A stretch of DNA of 64,000 bases from Pristiophorus japonicus (lineage: Eukaryota): NCBI RefSeq assembly GCF_044704955.1, contig NC_091989.1, positions 74,214,001 to 74,278,000 on the forward strand. The letters run 5' to 3'. Positions 37,264 through 49,042 of the stretch are shown here, in pieces. The position numbers and the translations under genes are program-made. The notes under the pieces are model-generated. The model saw only the letters and a program-made list of their open reading frames with translations, was not told the DNA's origin and ran no database searches. The stretch's first letter is position 1, and each line of letters starts with the position of its first letter.

Positions 37264-38780
37264 ATGCAACATGGCTCAAGGACCAAGAATGTCTCACAGG
37301 ATGAAATGGAGGCACTGGTTACTGTAACTGAGGTCAGATGGCACAAGCTGGACACCAGCAGAGGTCACATAAAAGTTTCACCAAAAGAAATTAAGAAACG
37401 CTGGAACCAACTTGCAGGAGATTACTGTCCAATGGTGACCACCCCGAGGTCTGGAGGCCAGTGCAAAAAGAAGTGGCAGGACCTTGGTCAAGTAGTTAGT
37501 GTAAGTAATATTTTCATTTATTCAATGGAATTGTAAATGTGACCATCTGTATATGTTCCACCCAGCAGAAAGACACCCTCTCTAAAAAGTTATGTTTTCA
37601 TCTTTGCAGAGGAAGGTGGTGCACAACAAACTGGAAAGAACTCGAACAGGAGGAGGCCCTGCAAATCTGCACCCACTGACATCCTTAGAAGACAGGGTCG
37701 CTGTTTTGATGGGTCCTGCCTGGAGAAAAGCAATCACCACTGCACAGGCGGGCCCGCACTCGAGGGAGAGGGTAGGTCCTGCAAATTCCATAGTCTGGCT
37801 TTGCTAAATGTCAAGTACTGCGCGGGCTAGTCATGCTTCGGTTCATGGGGATGTCTCCGTCAGCTACGCTTCGATTGATGCAATGTGCTATCATTCACTG
37901 TGGTCCTTCAAATCAGCCTGCTGCCTGCACTGTGTGAGCCTACTCATGCCACCCACCCTGCCCCCTCCTCTGCTGCTAACCATTTGTCTGTTCTATTATA
38001 TTTTGCAGAACTTGAGGTCAACCCTGATGAGGCTGAAGCCGATGCAGAAGAGAACATCTTCAATCCCACCTTCCAGACCAAGAGTATAGGATGAGGGGGA
38101 GGGGGAGGTGATGGATGAAGCCCCCACTGTTGTACTCACTCTGGAGGAGGTGCAGGTGTCGCTCATTGAGGAGCCAGCCCCTTTCCTGAGTGGTCGAGTG
38201 TTGGGACGTTCCATGGTTTTTCACAGAGCGAGGCTGGAGTTCCCAGTGGGATGCAGCGAGGCTCACCCAGGGTGAGGAGGGGAAGGAGAGCTCGACAGCT
38301 CTCTCCTGAGGTGCAGGATGTAACAGATGTGGTTCAGATGATGGCAATGAGTGCGGAGAGCATTGACCTTACCCGATCGCTCCTGGACACCATCAGTGGG
38401 GTGGGTGATGAGGTATCAGGACTGTCGGGAGAAGTAACAACACTCTCACGAGAAATGGGAACAATGCCCGGGGACATGAGGGAGGGAATGTTGCAGGTAG
38501 TTAACACACTGTCAGGGCACGTGAGGGAGGGATAAGGGAACACGCCCAGACCTGCGCCCATTGACAGAATCAACTGCACTCCCACTGCAATCCCCAGACC
38601 GGCCTCTGAAGAGGCCTAAGCCGGGCCCTCCACATTACCGCCTGCCCACGCTTCCCATCAAGAAGTGCGCATTGTCCGCGATGTTTGAAAGAATAAGCTT
38701 GGTACCAACCCGAGAAATGCTGCGCCACCGCCTGCGGGCGGGAATGGAGTCACCAAGCGCAGCGGGCGGTCTTAGAATAA
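37264..38780 (+). pseudogene. Harbinger Myb/SANT-like DNA-binding protein gene, 3 exons, decayed
   Basis: Exon 37264-37500 (KKRWNQLA...RSGGQCKKKWQDL)|gtaagt; tttgcag|37610 RKVVHNKLERTRTGGGP; ttttgcag|38009 acidic region with stops and frameshifts. Confidence 0.82.
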
Positions 38781-39099
38781 GATGGAAAAGAGATAGGTGC
38801 AGCCTTTCTTTGTTGCTGTTGTTGTTGTTACTGTTGTAACTATTCTCATTAAAAGTTTTTTTAAGTTATGTAAATTTACAAGTTTAAAAGTTTGTAAGTG
38901 ATCTTCACTGAAAACTTTAAAGTTTGATTCAAGAATATTTTTAGTTAACTTAAGTACAAACAAGTGTTACATTTTTGAATAAAATATATTTTAAATTATA
39001 ACTGAATCATTTCCATTATTTGTTCCATTAGCACAACACATTACGGAACAGGTCCAAACAGTAAATATGGTTCATTTTGGAATAGTTGCCACTGAGCCT

Positions 39100-40285
39100 T
39101 CAGGCAGCAAAGCGTTCACGGATGAGCTGCTGGCGCAAGGCTCAAGCAATGGTTAAAGGGGCACGACGGCCCGCCCTCCTCCGCCGTCGTACTCTGGGTT
39201 CAGGTAGTTGCATGGCTTCCTTGTCCTCCTCCCTGTCATCTGCATCTTCCTCCTCATCATCAGCCACTCTCCCCTCAGGTGGGTTTTCTACTACCAGCTG
39301 CTGCTGCCTCATGATGGCTAAGTTATGCAGCATACAGCACACAACAGTGAACTGACTGACAATCTCAGGGGAGTACAGCAAGTAGCCTCCGGAATGGTCC
39401 AGGCATCGGAAACGCTGTTTCAAGATATCAATGATCCTCTCTCTTATGTTGCGCGTCGCATTGTGCGACATGTTGTATTCCCAATCAGCTTGTATCCGGG
39501 TTGCGTGTAGGGGCGTCATGAGCCAGGTGGCGAGGCCGAACCCTATGTCTCCCGCAGCCAGCACTGCCCCTCTGGCTGCTGCTGAAACATGGCGTGTATA
39601 ACGCTCTTGCGTAGGATGAACACAAGATCTCTCATCAACTAACATGATGCGATGCATGTCGTCACACACACGCTGAACATTAACGGAGTGGAAACCTTTT
39701 CTGTTCCTGTACATTTTGGAATCCTCCAAAGGTGCTCGCACAGCGATGTGGGTACAATCAATGCAGCCCTTTACCTTTGGGAAGTCAGCAATCCTGGAGA
39801 AGCCCACAGCCCTTTCACGCATTGCCTGGGCGGTCATGGGGAACTTCATCTAGTCATTCCTCCGGGCATATAGTGCAGCAGTCACTTGCCGTGCAGATAT
39901 GTGTTGCATGTTGAGAAATGGTGCGCAAATCCCCAGTTGTGGCCTGGAATGATCCAGATGCATAGAATGAAAGAGCAGCTGGAACCTTCATTTCAACTGA
40001 CAAAGCAGTCCTCCTGACACTTCTAGGGTGCAGGTCTGCTTTTACTAACTCACAGATCTCAGTTACAACTTCTTTGTGGAAACGCAGCCTTCTCACACAG
40101 TCTGCATCACTTGGGTGCAGGTATGAACGCCTGTCTCGATATACCCGACGTAGGTAAGGCCTCCTGCTCATCACCCAACCGGCTCTGAGGTTTCTCATGC
40201 GATGACGTTGAATCAATCGTCTCCTCCGCAACACCTTCATGCAGAAGGCTTGCACAAGGTATGGCATTGTCAATATTGCCCCCAT
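39100..40285 (-). pseudogene. Harbinger transposase pseudogene
   Basis: RRLRFHKEVVTEIC, AALSFYASGSFQ, FPKVKGCIDCTH, RNRKGFHSVNVQ, WLMTP, LKQRFRCLDHSGG, CCMLHNLA; frameshifted. Confidence 0.92.
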
Positions 40286-41609
40286 AATTAATTTGTACCT
40301 TTGCAAAAAGCTTAAAGCTTCTCTGCTCTCTCTCCAAGGTTGACGTCCAACATGGACGACACCCTGGTCTGTGCATGCGCACTAGGCTTGCTTAGAACGG
40401 GAAGCTAGGTATTCAAATGAGGACATTCAAAGTACCACCCCACCACTGACCGAACATCTCCTCACCGGGCTCGAGGGTTGACCGGCAGAATCGCTCCCTT
40501 GCCTGAACACGGGCTCGACACAACACCCTCGCCCCTCCCCCTACCCGGGGCTTCTTTTGAAGCTGCTGCATAGTGTAAGGCTTCTCATTCCTTCAGTTCG
40601 GCTTCCAAGCCCCTGTGTCCGGGCGAGGGAGCGATTCTGCCAGCCAACGTTCCGATCCTCGAGCCCGATGAGATGTTTGGGGGTGATATGGCACTTTGAA
40701 AAAAAATCTAAAATTAAAAAATTGTATTAGACTTCCATTTTCTCCGTATTAAGTTTGAAAAAATTAAGCTTCATGATGCATATTTCATGTCTTCTTGACT
40801 CCCTCCAAAACTTCGCATAAAAACAACAGGATCTTTCTGTGCTGATTTTTTTAAATGTGCGCTGGTTTTTCTTAAGTGCCCAGAAAGTTTTCTGGGAGTG
40901 GTCACATACGCCGTGCTAGGAGAAATGTAAGTTGGCCACTCCCCAGCGGTGTTTCAAAACCACCGGCACAAGACTTTGAGGAATTTCCCGCCACACTGTT
41001 TTCTGTTCAAAATGGTGAAATAAGGCCGAAAAACCCGGCGCAAGGTTGCGGAATGTCCAGCCCACAGCTTTTATTCCTCGGGCGGACACCGCCATTCCTC
41101 CCTCTGGGTTGACCATGGCGTCATGTTTTTCAAATTCATCCCTCCATCTGTTACAGACTTATTTGGTGCATCGAGAGAGAGAGAAGAAACCAGAGGAAAC
41201 AATAGTGCATTACATATTCTTATGGACAAGAACATTTACTATGCAATAAAACTCTCAAAAGCCACAGATACAGCCGATCCTGTTTTTCCAAAATGTATAA
41301 GTAAATCCGACTAATCCTGTTTCCACTGTTAACAGAACTGGTGTGTTAACAATCACTTACTTTGTGAGGTCGCCCAGTTTGAGTTGTGGCCAGCTCTGCG
41401 ATTCAAGTCCAAACCTCTCTGTATGCACTTCAATCACTAGATAAATCAAATTGACGCAAGTTGTCCGACTACAGCCAGGTTCTCCTCCTGTATTGCACAT
41501 CTGGCGATGTATGAAACATTTTTATCGCAACAACAACTGCATATGCAATCTGTTCAGTGTACAGCCTTCCAACTTCAGCTATGTCTACTGGCACCACTTC
41601 TAAAAAGAA

Positions 41610-41720
41610 AAGTTTGCATTTCTATAGCGCCTTCCGCAACCTCTGGACATCCTAAAGCGCGTAACAGCCAAACAAGTACTTTTGAAGTGTCGTCACTGTT
41701 GTAATGTAGCAATGTAGGAA
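41610..41720 (-). mobile_element. DeuSINE 3' tail fragment
   Basis: gcatttctatagcgcc...aagtacttttgaagtgtcgtcactgttgtaatgtag is the reverse complement of the 30650-30735 tail. Confidence 0.65.
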
Positions 41721-41774
41721 ACTAATGTTCTATTTACAAAACAACTGATGTTTCTGTCCTTTTGTATACATCAG

Positions 41775-41953
41775 GTCGATCAGTTTTGTTGGAACAGCCT
41801 CGTAAGTCAGGTTCCAAAGTGATTAGTCACATGCTTTGCAGCCACGGTGGTGAGATTTTCCTGCATGTATTAAGCAGTGTTCGCTCCATTCTGGAGGACC
41901 CCCCATCGATTAGTGAAGGGTGTGGAGGAAGGGTTACTGATTACAGGATTACG
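41775..41953 (+). CDS. INTS13: INTS13 coding exon (window exon 5, phase 1-0)
   Basis: catcag|GTCGA...ATTACG|gttagt; encodes (G)[59 protein letters not shown]. Confidence 0.97.
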
Positions 41954-42537
41954 GTTAGTCACTTTGCAAAAATGTATGTTTTTAATCATTGATTTGTTTT
42001 CATGACCTGATGTCAAATGGTAGTGACAGTGCGGACTGCCTGCTTAAAAGCTAAATCAGCAGTGTACAATGAGAAAATCAACCCCCAGACAGGCTTATAT
42101 ATGCATTCTTTCACAGGAATAGCCTTTAGTACGACTTTCAAGAAGACTTAAATTTTTTTTTACTTTGAAGCTGACTACTTATTTCTTGTAAACAAATTCT
42201 ACGTCAGCATTGATTGATGCTCTGTGGCAGAAAATCGAATCCTGTAATGTATTCACTGACAGTGGAGTACTTGTCTTCAAATGCAGTCATCCTTAATATA
42301 TGTTAGTTGCATTAGCTAATAGGAATGTGGATGCTGCATAATATTTGCCATTACTTCATTTGGTTTTTCATTTTTGACTTGTGTCTGCACACTGATAACT
42401 TGAGATTTACTTGCGGTTCCTTTTTAAACTAGAAAGTTTTACTTGACAGTTTTACCTAGATCCATACAATCATACAAAAATGATGGACAGGAAAAGACCT
42501 CATCCAGCCTGTCCCACGCAGTTGTGATGCCTTGGAA

Positions 42538-42675
42538 GAACATAAGAAATAGGAGCAGGAGTAGGCCATACGGCCTCTCGAGCCTGCTCCACCATTCAAT
42601 ATGATCATGGCTGACCTGATGATGGACTCGGGTCCACTTCCCTGCCCTTTATCTCCTTATCGTTTAAGAAACTGA
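42538..42675 (-). mobile_element. CR1 3' UTR fragment
   Basis: aacataagaaataggagcaggagtaggccatacggcc; same family as 52988. Confidence 0.75.
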
Positions 42676-43029
42676 TAATTTATGTATCACAGTACACACA
42701 CTACCCATCTACCAAACGTAATCAAAAAACACAGGCAAGGGGGTGGGGAAATTAGAAAATTCCTCTCTGATCCCCTTAGACGATTAAAGCTAGTCCAGGA
42801 GATCACATTGGCCTTGATTGACATTACAGGATATGCTGTCTCAAGTATACTAAAGCACCTTTGTTCATTTTTGAGCGGGGAAGTAGCCACCGGTTTGCTC
42901 CTCCTGTGCTGAGGTATAGACACTGGCTGGGATATGGCTCCACAGGTACTTTCTGGTGTCGCGCGCACGCGTGTGTGTGCTCAGACGTTGAGCATTGGTT
43001 GACCATTTGATTCTGTTCCCACTCATTCC

Positions 43030-43265
43030 TCTCTTTACCTGACCCCTAGACATTGGACTTCCCAGGTAGTGCTCAGGAATAGATACCCTGACTGGATTTT
43101 CTCTCTCTCCCCTCCCCTCCCTGTCCTGCTCGGTAGCGTTGTGGCCAATTGTCGAGCCCCCCCTGCTCTCCCAGCCAACTCTGCACAGACCAAGAATCAG
43201 ACCTGCATCTCCTGACCTGTATGGCTCTGTTGTTGCACCTCACTGTTGCCAACTGAGCCAACAGG
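43030..43265 (-). mobile_element. Ancient tRNA-head SINE, degraded
   Basis: Minus strand tggctcagttgg...gagccatacagg...ggtctgtgcagagttggctg; family recalled, not verified. Confidence 0.45.
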
Positions 43266-43677
43266 TTAGCTCCCCTCACTCATTCTTATATTTGATTCTG
43301 TGCCAGGTACTCCTTGTCTAAGAAATAAATAATGTACAGTACAGATGGTACAAGGAGAATCCAGACAGATCAATTTATTATTACTATTACACATTGCGAG
43401 TTAGCTTTTAAATGTTATTAGTTGTACATTGCTCTCACTGGTCTTCTAATATTACTGTTTTGAATGACTTAAGTAGAAGCAATTGTCGGTCTCAGTAAAA
43501 TTTGTTATCATCCGTCTATCCTCCTTTATTACAGACAAAGCGGGGGATATAAAAATAATTACTCATCTTAAAAAAAAAAAGGCTTGATCAATTCAAGAAC
43601 ATGCACCTCCAATAAACAGTTAAGACCTGCAGCACATCCAGTGTTTTTGGCTCACAGCACTATTCTTTTTTTTTTAG

Positions 43678-43848
43678 GACTTTGGTGAGTTCATGAGGGA
43701 AAACAGACTAGCTCCTGTACTGGAAACGCGCTACATGATGGATGGGAGTACGGAAGTGCCATTGGAGAGGGCCAAGTCCCAGCTCGAGAGACATACACGC
43801 TATTGGCCAATGATTATATCTCAAACCACGATCTTCAACATGCAGGCT
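43678..43848 (+). CDS. INTS13: INTS13 coding exon (window exon 6, phase 0-0)
   Basis: ttttttag|GACTTT...CAGGCT|gtaagg; encodes DFGEFMRENRLAPVLETRYMMDGSTEVPLERAKSQLERHTRYWPMIISQTTIFNMQA. Confidence 0.97.
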
Positions 43849-43922
43849 GTAAGGAAATTTCTGTTGCCATTGATTCACACGGCAGTGTCACTTTCACACG
43901 TTGAGCGTGCACAGGGGAGTTC

Positions 43923-46743
43923 ATAGAAACATAGAAACATAGAAAATAGGTGCAGGAGTAGGCCATTCGGCCCTTCTAGCCTGCACCGCCATTCAATGAG
44001 TTCATGGCTGAACATTCAACTTCAGTACCCCATTCCTGCTTTCTCGCCATACCCCTTGATCCCCCTAGTAGTAAGGACCTTATCTAACTCCTTTTTGAAT
44101 ATATTTAGTGAGTTGGCCTCAACAACTTTCTGTGGTAGAGAATTCCACAGGTTCACCACTCTCTGGGTGAAGAAGTTCCTCCACATCTTGGTCCTAAATG
44201 GCTTACCCCTTATCCTTAGACTGTGACCTCTGGTTCTGGACTTCCCCAACATTGGGAACATTCTTCCTGCATCTAACCTGTCTAACCCCGTCAGAATTTT
44301 AAATGTTTCTATGAGGTCCCCTCATTCTTCTGAACTCCAGTGAATACAAGCCCAGTTGATCCAGTCTTTCTTGATAGGTCAGTCCCGCCATCCCGGGAAT
44401 CAGTCTGGTGAACCTTCGCTGCACTCCCTCAATAGCAAGAATGTCCTTCCTCAGGTTAGGAGACCAAAACTGTACACAATACTCCAGGTGTGGCCTCACC
44501 AATGCCCTGTACAACTGTAGCAACACCTCCCTGCCCCTGTACTCAAATCCCCTTGCTATGAAGGCCAACATGCCATTTGCTTTCTTAACCGCCTGCTGCA
44601 CCTGCATGCCAACCTTCAATGACTGATGTACCATGACACCCAGGTCTCTTTGCACCTCCCCTTTTCCTAATCTGTCACCATTCAGATAATAGTCTGTCTC
44701 TCTGTTTTTACCACCAAAGTGGATAACCTCACATTTATCCACATTATACTTCATCTGCCATGCATTTGCCCACTCACCTAACCTATCCAAGTCGCTCTGC
44801 AGCCTCACAGCATCCTCCTCGCAGCTCACACTGCCACCCAACTTCGTGTCATCTGCAAATTTGGAGATACTACATTTAATCCCCTCATCTAAATCATTAA
44901 TGTACAGTGTAAACAGCTGGGGCCCCAGCACAGAACCTTGCGGTACCCCACTAGTCACTGCCTGCCATTCTGAAAAGTACCCATTTACTCCTACTCTTTG
45001 CTTCCTGTCTGACAACCAGTTCTCAATCCATGTCAGTACACTACCCCCAATCCCATGTGCTTTAACTTTGCACATCAATCTCTTGTGTGGGACCTTGTCG
45101 AACGCCTTCTGAAAGTCCAAATATACCACATCAACTGGTTCTCCCTTATCCACTCTACTGGAAACATCCTCAAAAAATTCCAGAAGATTTGTCAAGCATG
45201 ATTTCCCTTTCACAAATCCATGCTGACTTGGACCTATCATGTCACCTCTTTCCAAATGCACTGCTATGACATCCTTAATAATTGATTCCATCATTTTACC
45301 CACTACCGATGTCAGGCTGACCGGTCTATAATTCCCTGTTTTCTCTCTCCCTCCTTTTTTAAAAAGTGGGGTTACATTGGCTACCCTCCACTCCATAGGA
45401 ACTGATCCAGAGTCAATGGAATGTTGGAAAATGACTGTCAACGCATCCACTATTTCCAAGGCCACCTCCTTAAGTACTCTGGGATGCAGTCCATCAGGCC
45501 CTGGGGATTTATCGGCCTTCAATCCCATCAATTTCCCCAACACAATTTCCCGGCTAATAAGGATTTCCCTCAGTTCCTCCTCCTTACTAGACCCCTTTTA
45601 TAACCGGAAGGTTGTTCATGTCCTCCTTTGTGAATACCGAACCAAAGTACTTGTTCAATTGGTCCGCCATTTCTTTGTTCCCCGTTATGACTTCCCCTGA
45701 TTCTGACTGCAGGGGACCTACGTTTGTCTTTACTAACCTTTTTCTCTTTACATATCTATAGAAACTTTTGCAATCCGTCTTAATGTTCCCTGCAAGCTTC
45801 TTCTCATACTCCATTTTCCCTGCCCTAATCAAACCCTTTGTCCTCCTCTGCTGAGTTCTAAATTTCTCCCAGTCCCCAGGTTCGCTGCTATTTCTGGCCA
45901 ATTTGTATGCCACTTCCTTGGCTTTAATACTATCCCTGATTTCCCTTGATAGCCACGGTTGAGCCACCTTCCCTTTTTTATTTCTATGCCAGACAGGAAT
46001 GTACAATTGTTGTAGTTCATCCATGCGGTCTCTAAATGTCTGCCATTGCCCATCCACAGTCAACCCCTTAAGTATCATTCGCCAATCCATCCCAGCCAAT
46101 TCACGCCTCATACCTTCAAAGTTAGCCTTCTTTAAGTTCTGGACCATGGTCTCTGCATTAACTGTTTCATTCTCCATCCCAATGCAGAATTCCACCATAT
46201 TATGGTCACTCTTCCCCAAGGGGCCTCGCACAACGAGATTGCTAATTAATCCTCTCTCATTACATAACACCCAGTCTAAGATGGCCTCCCCCCTAGTTGG
46301 TTCCTCGACATATTGGTCTAAAAAACCATCCCTTATGCACTCCAGAAAATCCTCCTCCACCGTATTGCTTCCAGTTTGGTTAGCCCAATCTATGTGCATA
46401 TTAAAGTCACCCATTATAACTGCTGCACCTTTATTGCACGCACCCCTAATTTCCTGTTTGATGCCCTCCCCAACATCACTACTACTGTTTGGAGGTCTGT
46501 ACACAACTCCCACTAATGTTTTTTGCCCTTTGGTGTTCTGCAGCTCTCCCCATATAGATTCCACATCATCCAAGCTAATGTCCTTCCTAACTATTGCCTT
46601 AATCTCCTCCTTAACCAGCAATGCTACCCCACCTCCTTTTCCTTTTATTCTATCCTTCCTGAATGTTGAATACCCCTGGATGTTGAGTTCCCAGCCCTGC
46701 TCATCCTGGAGCCACGTCTCCGTAATCCCAATCACATCATATT
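43923..46743 (-). mobile_element. Young CR1 LINE with near-complete ORF2 (AP endonuclease + RT)
   Basis: 382-aa ORF (GITETW, MGDFN, ILDWVL, SDHN) and 414-aa ORF (QHGF, YLDFQKAFDKV, GVPQGSVLGP, FADDTK); (TTTCTATG)n tail; about two frameshifts. Confidence 0.96.
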
Positions 46744-46959
46744 AGGTGATGGGATTAATCTTCGCCTTGTTTACATCTTTCAAGGGTAACAATGTCATCT
46801 TTCTCTTTCTGGTTGTTGTCCAACATTCACAATTTCAGCCTGTCTTTTCAGTAAATACAACACCCATACCTTCAGAACAAAGATTAAACTGTTGTCTTCC
46901 TTCAGCTATAGTTTTATGAAGGTCGTGAAGGGCGCTGTATAAATCTTAAGTCATTCATT

Positions 46960-47160
46960 CATTCGGCACATTGTGTCCGTGCCGCCCGACAAAGATCTAT
47001 CCAGCCGACTCCCACTTTCCAGCTCTTGGACAATAGCCTTGTAGGTTATGCCACTTCAAGTGCGTATCCAAGTACTTTTTAAATGTGTTGAAGGTTTGTG
47101 CCTCTACCACTCTTTCAGGCAGTGAAAAAAAATTCCTCTCATACCCCCTCTAAACCTCCT
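46960..47160 (-). mobile_element. CR1 3' fragment
   Basis: Reverse complement of 61020-61240-type sequence. Confidence 0.7.
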
Positions 47161-47179
47161 ATAAAAGAGTATACCACTA

Positions 47180-47787
47180 CAACTTCCAGCGCATGCCTTT
47201 CCAAGTTTCCGACGATTTTGAAGTGGGCATCATCAAAACCCAGGTCGCTGTTTGGAGCGTGGGCAGGAACATCGGCAGGGCACAGGTACAGCAAAGGAGC
47301 AGGAAGGTCGGGGCAGATGAGCAGCAAGAGATCGTGGCGAAGGTGCGGCGAGTGATTGAGGCAGAGGAACGATGGGAAATCGTGGCTGAGATTCGGCGAC
47401 TGATCATGGCGGAGGTTCGGCAAATGTTTGGTGCGGAGATGCGGTGAGAGATCGTGGCGGAGGTGCGGCAAATGCGTGTAAGGGGGCCAGAAGAGCCGAG
47501 GACCCAGCCCACACTGCGATGTGTGTGCACTAGGTCTGTGCAGCAGAGCAGGTCTCCAGTCGTCTTGGTTAACCCTTACCACTGGATAAAGGCCTAGCTC
47601 TGTCAAGCCTGTGTGGTGACTGATGTGCAACGGTCACCACATGTTAAAAAAAATCCATGCACAGGCATCTTCCACCCTTCAATTGGAGTTCAGGACTGCA
47701 ATATCGGGTCCTTCATTGAAACATCTGTGAACTCATCCCTTTTGGTGCGAAAGCAAGTCATCCTCGATACAAGGGACCGCCTATGAT
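47180..47787 (+). mobile_element. Non-autonomous element with an RTE-type 3' tail
   Basis: Ends gcaagtcatcctcgatacaagggaccgcctatgat, like the RTE tails in this window; internal gagatcgtggcggaggtgcggc repeats; no RT coding sequence. Confidence 0.65.
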
Positions 47788-48412
47788 AGTTTTATGACAC
47801 ACTGTTCACACTGTTACAGCATCTTCACACTGTTGGAGGCTAAAGTTGCCAAATGTTGACCAAACCGAGAGCATTTCCTTGCACTATTCTGCGACTTCAT
47901 GCTTTGAGCGGTTTGGTTTTCCCTCTCTTGCCAGTCACTATGTCATAGGGTAGATTCTGTTGGGCCTCGGGGTTATTAATCTCGACTATTAAGGTTCTTC
48001 TTTAAAATAAAATCGTGCCAGTTCTGCATTATGAAGGGTACAGTTTGTTTTCACAAGCTAAAAATGATGTAGCGGGCAATGTTCCCACGACGCTGCGCGG
48101 TCATGTAGTTTTCTGCAAGGACCCACGCCAGCCGCTTATCGGCTTTCCCACTATAGATGCCGCACATACGCAAACATTTGAGTGGGCCGTGCATTAGGGG
48201 AGGCAGGCGGCACAGCTTACGGGGGACTTTGGTATCTCTTAAACATCGTACACTTTTTGCCAAGAGTTTATTTAGGTATGAGCACAAAATGTACCAACAT
48301 CAATGTTGAGGTAACACCTCAAAGACCAGACCTCGTCCGGGTGAAATGCGTCCGCGCTGTCTCAGTTGCTTTTCAACCGAGACCACCTCTGGTTCTTCGC
48401 TCGAGTCCAGTC

Positions 48413-48660
48413 TGTAAAGTCCTGTCCCCTCAGTACAGATTCACACGAGGCATGTAGTGAAGTCAAGGTCACTCTGGACCTGCACCTTTATTTCACAGCT
48501 CTGGAATGCTGCACTTGCCTGAGACCTGTCCTTATATACCTGTCTCTTGCAAGTGCACCCCTGGTGGTAAGGTATGCTGGTGGTTACAGGTCATATCTTA
48601 TTACAGTCATGTATAGCATGTTAGGATACAGTTATATATAATAATGTAAGATACATGACA
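48413..48660 (-). mobile_element. Solo LTR
   Basis: TGT...ACA termini; perfect 5-bp TSD CAGTC (48408-48412, 48661-48665); minus-strand TATATAA followed by AATAAA. Confidence 0.9.
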
Positions 48661-49042
48661 CAGTCGGGTAGGTCTTAATTCAACATCAGGTTTTTATTTC
48701 TCGAGCATATGCACGGGCGAGGTATGGTTGTCTACCACCGCCTTCTCAATCAAATACAATTCTGCCACCAGTTATATATGGATTACATTGTGTTTCGTGT
48801 GCATATAGATATTGCCTTTAAGTTAATAAATTTATGGTGCACACAATGGCTTTGATAGTCCGTGAGCTCCGTAATCAGGGGTCTATTAGCTGGTTTCCCT
48901 GCACAATGAAAGTCTCCCTCCCATTCTTATCACGAGTTGTATTATCTGTCCTTCCTGTCTGTGCATTTCTCCTTTTCTAAGCTTTTCCTAACTGCCTCGT
49001 TCATTTAATTGTAATGTGTTTAGCAGCTGGTTTCTCCACACA

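Larger units (their letters stand above)
36912..40936. mobile_element. Two-gene PIF/Harbinger transposon, right terminus not found
   Basis: Begins taa|GGGCTCAATTTTCCCC; convergent Myb/SANT-like gene (+) and transposase (-). Confidence 0.88.

Noticed and set aside
33808-40285. Possible domesticated HARBI1/NAIF1-like host genes
   Set aside because: Multiple frameshifts and stops, TIR context and insertion into CR1 indicate decayed transposon copies.
45999-46745. 248-aa plus-strand ORF
   Set aside because: Antisense shadow of the intact CR1 endonuclease ORF.
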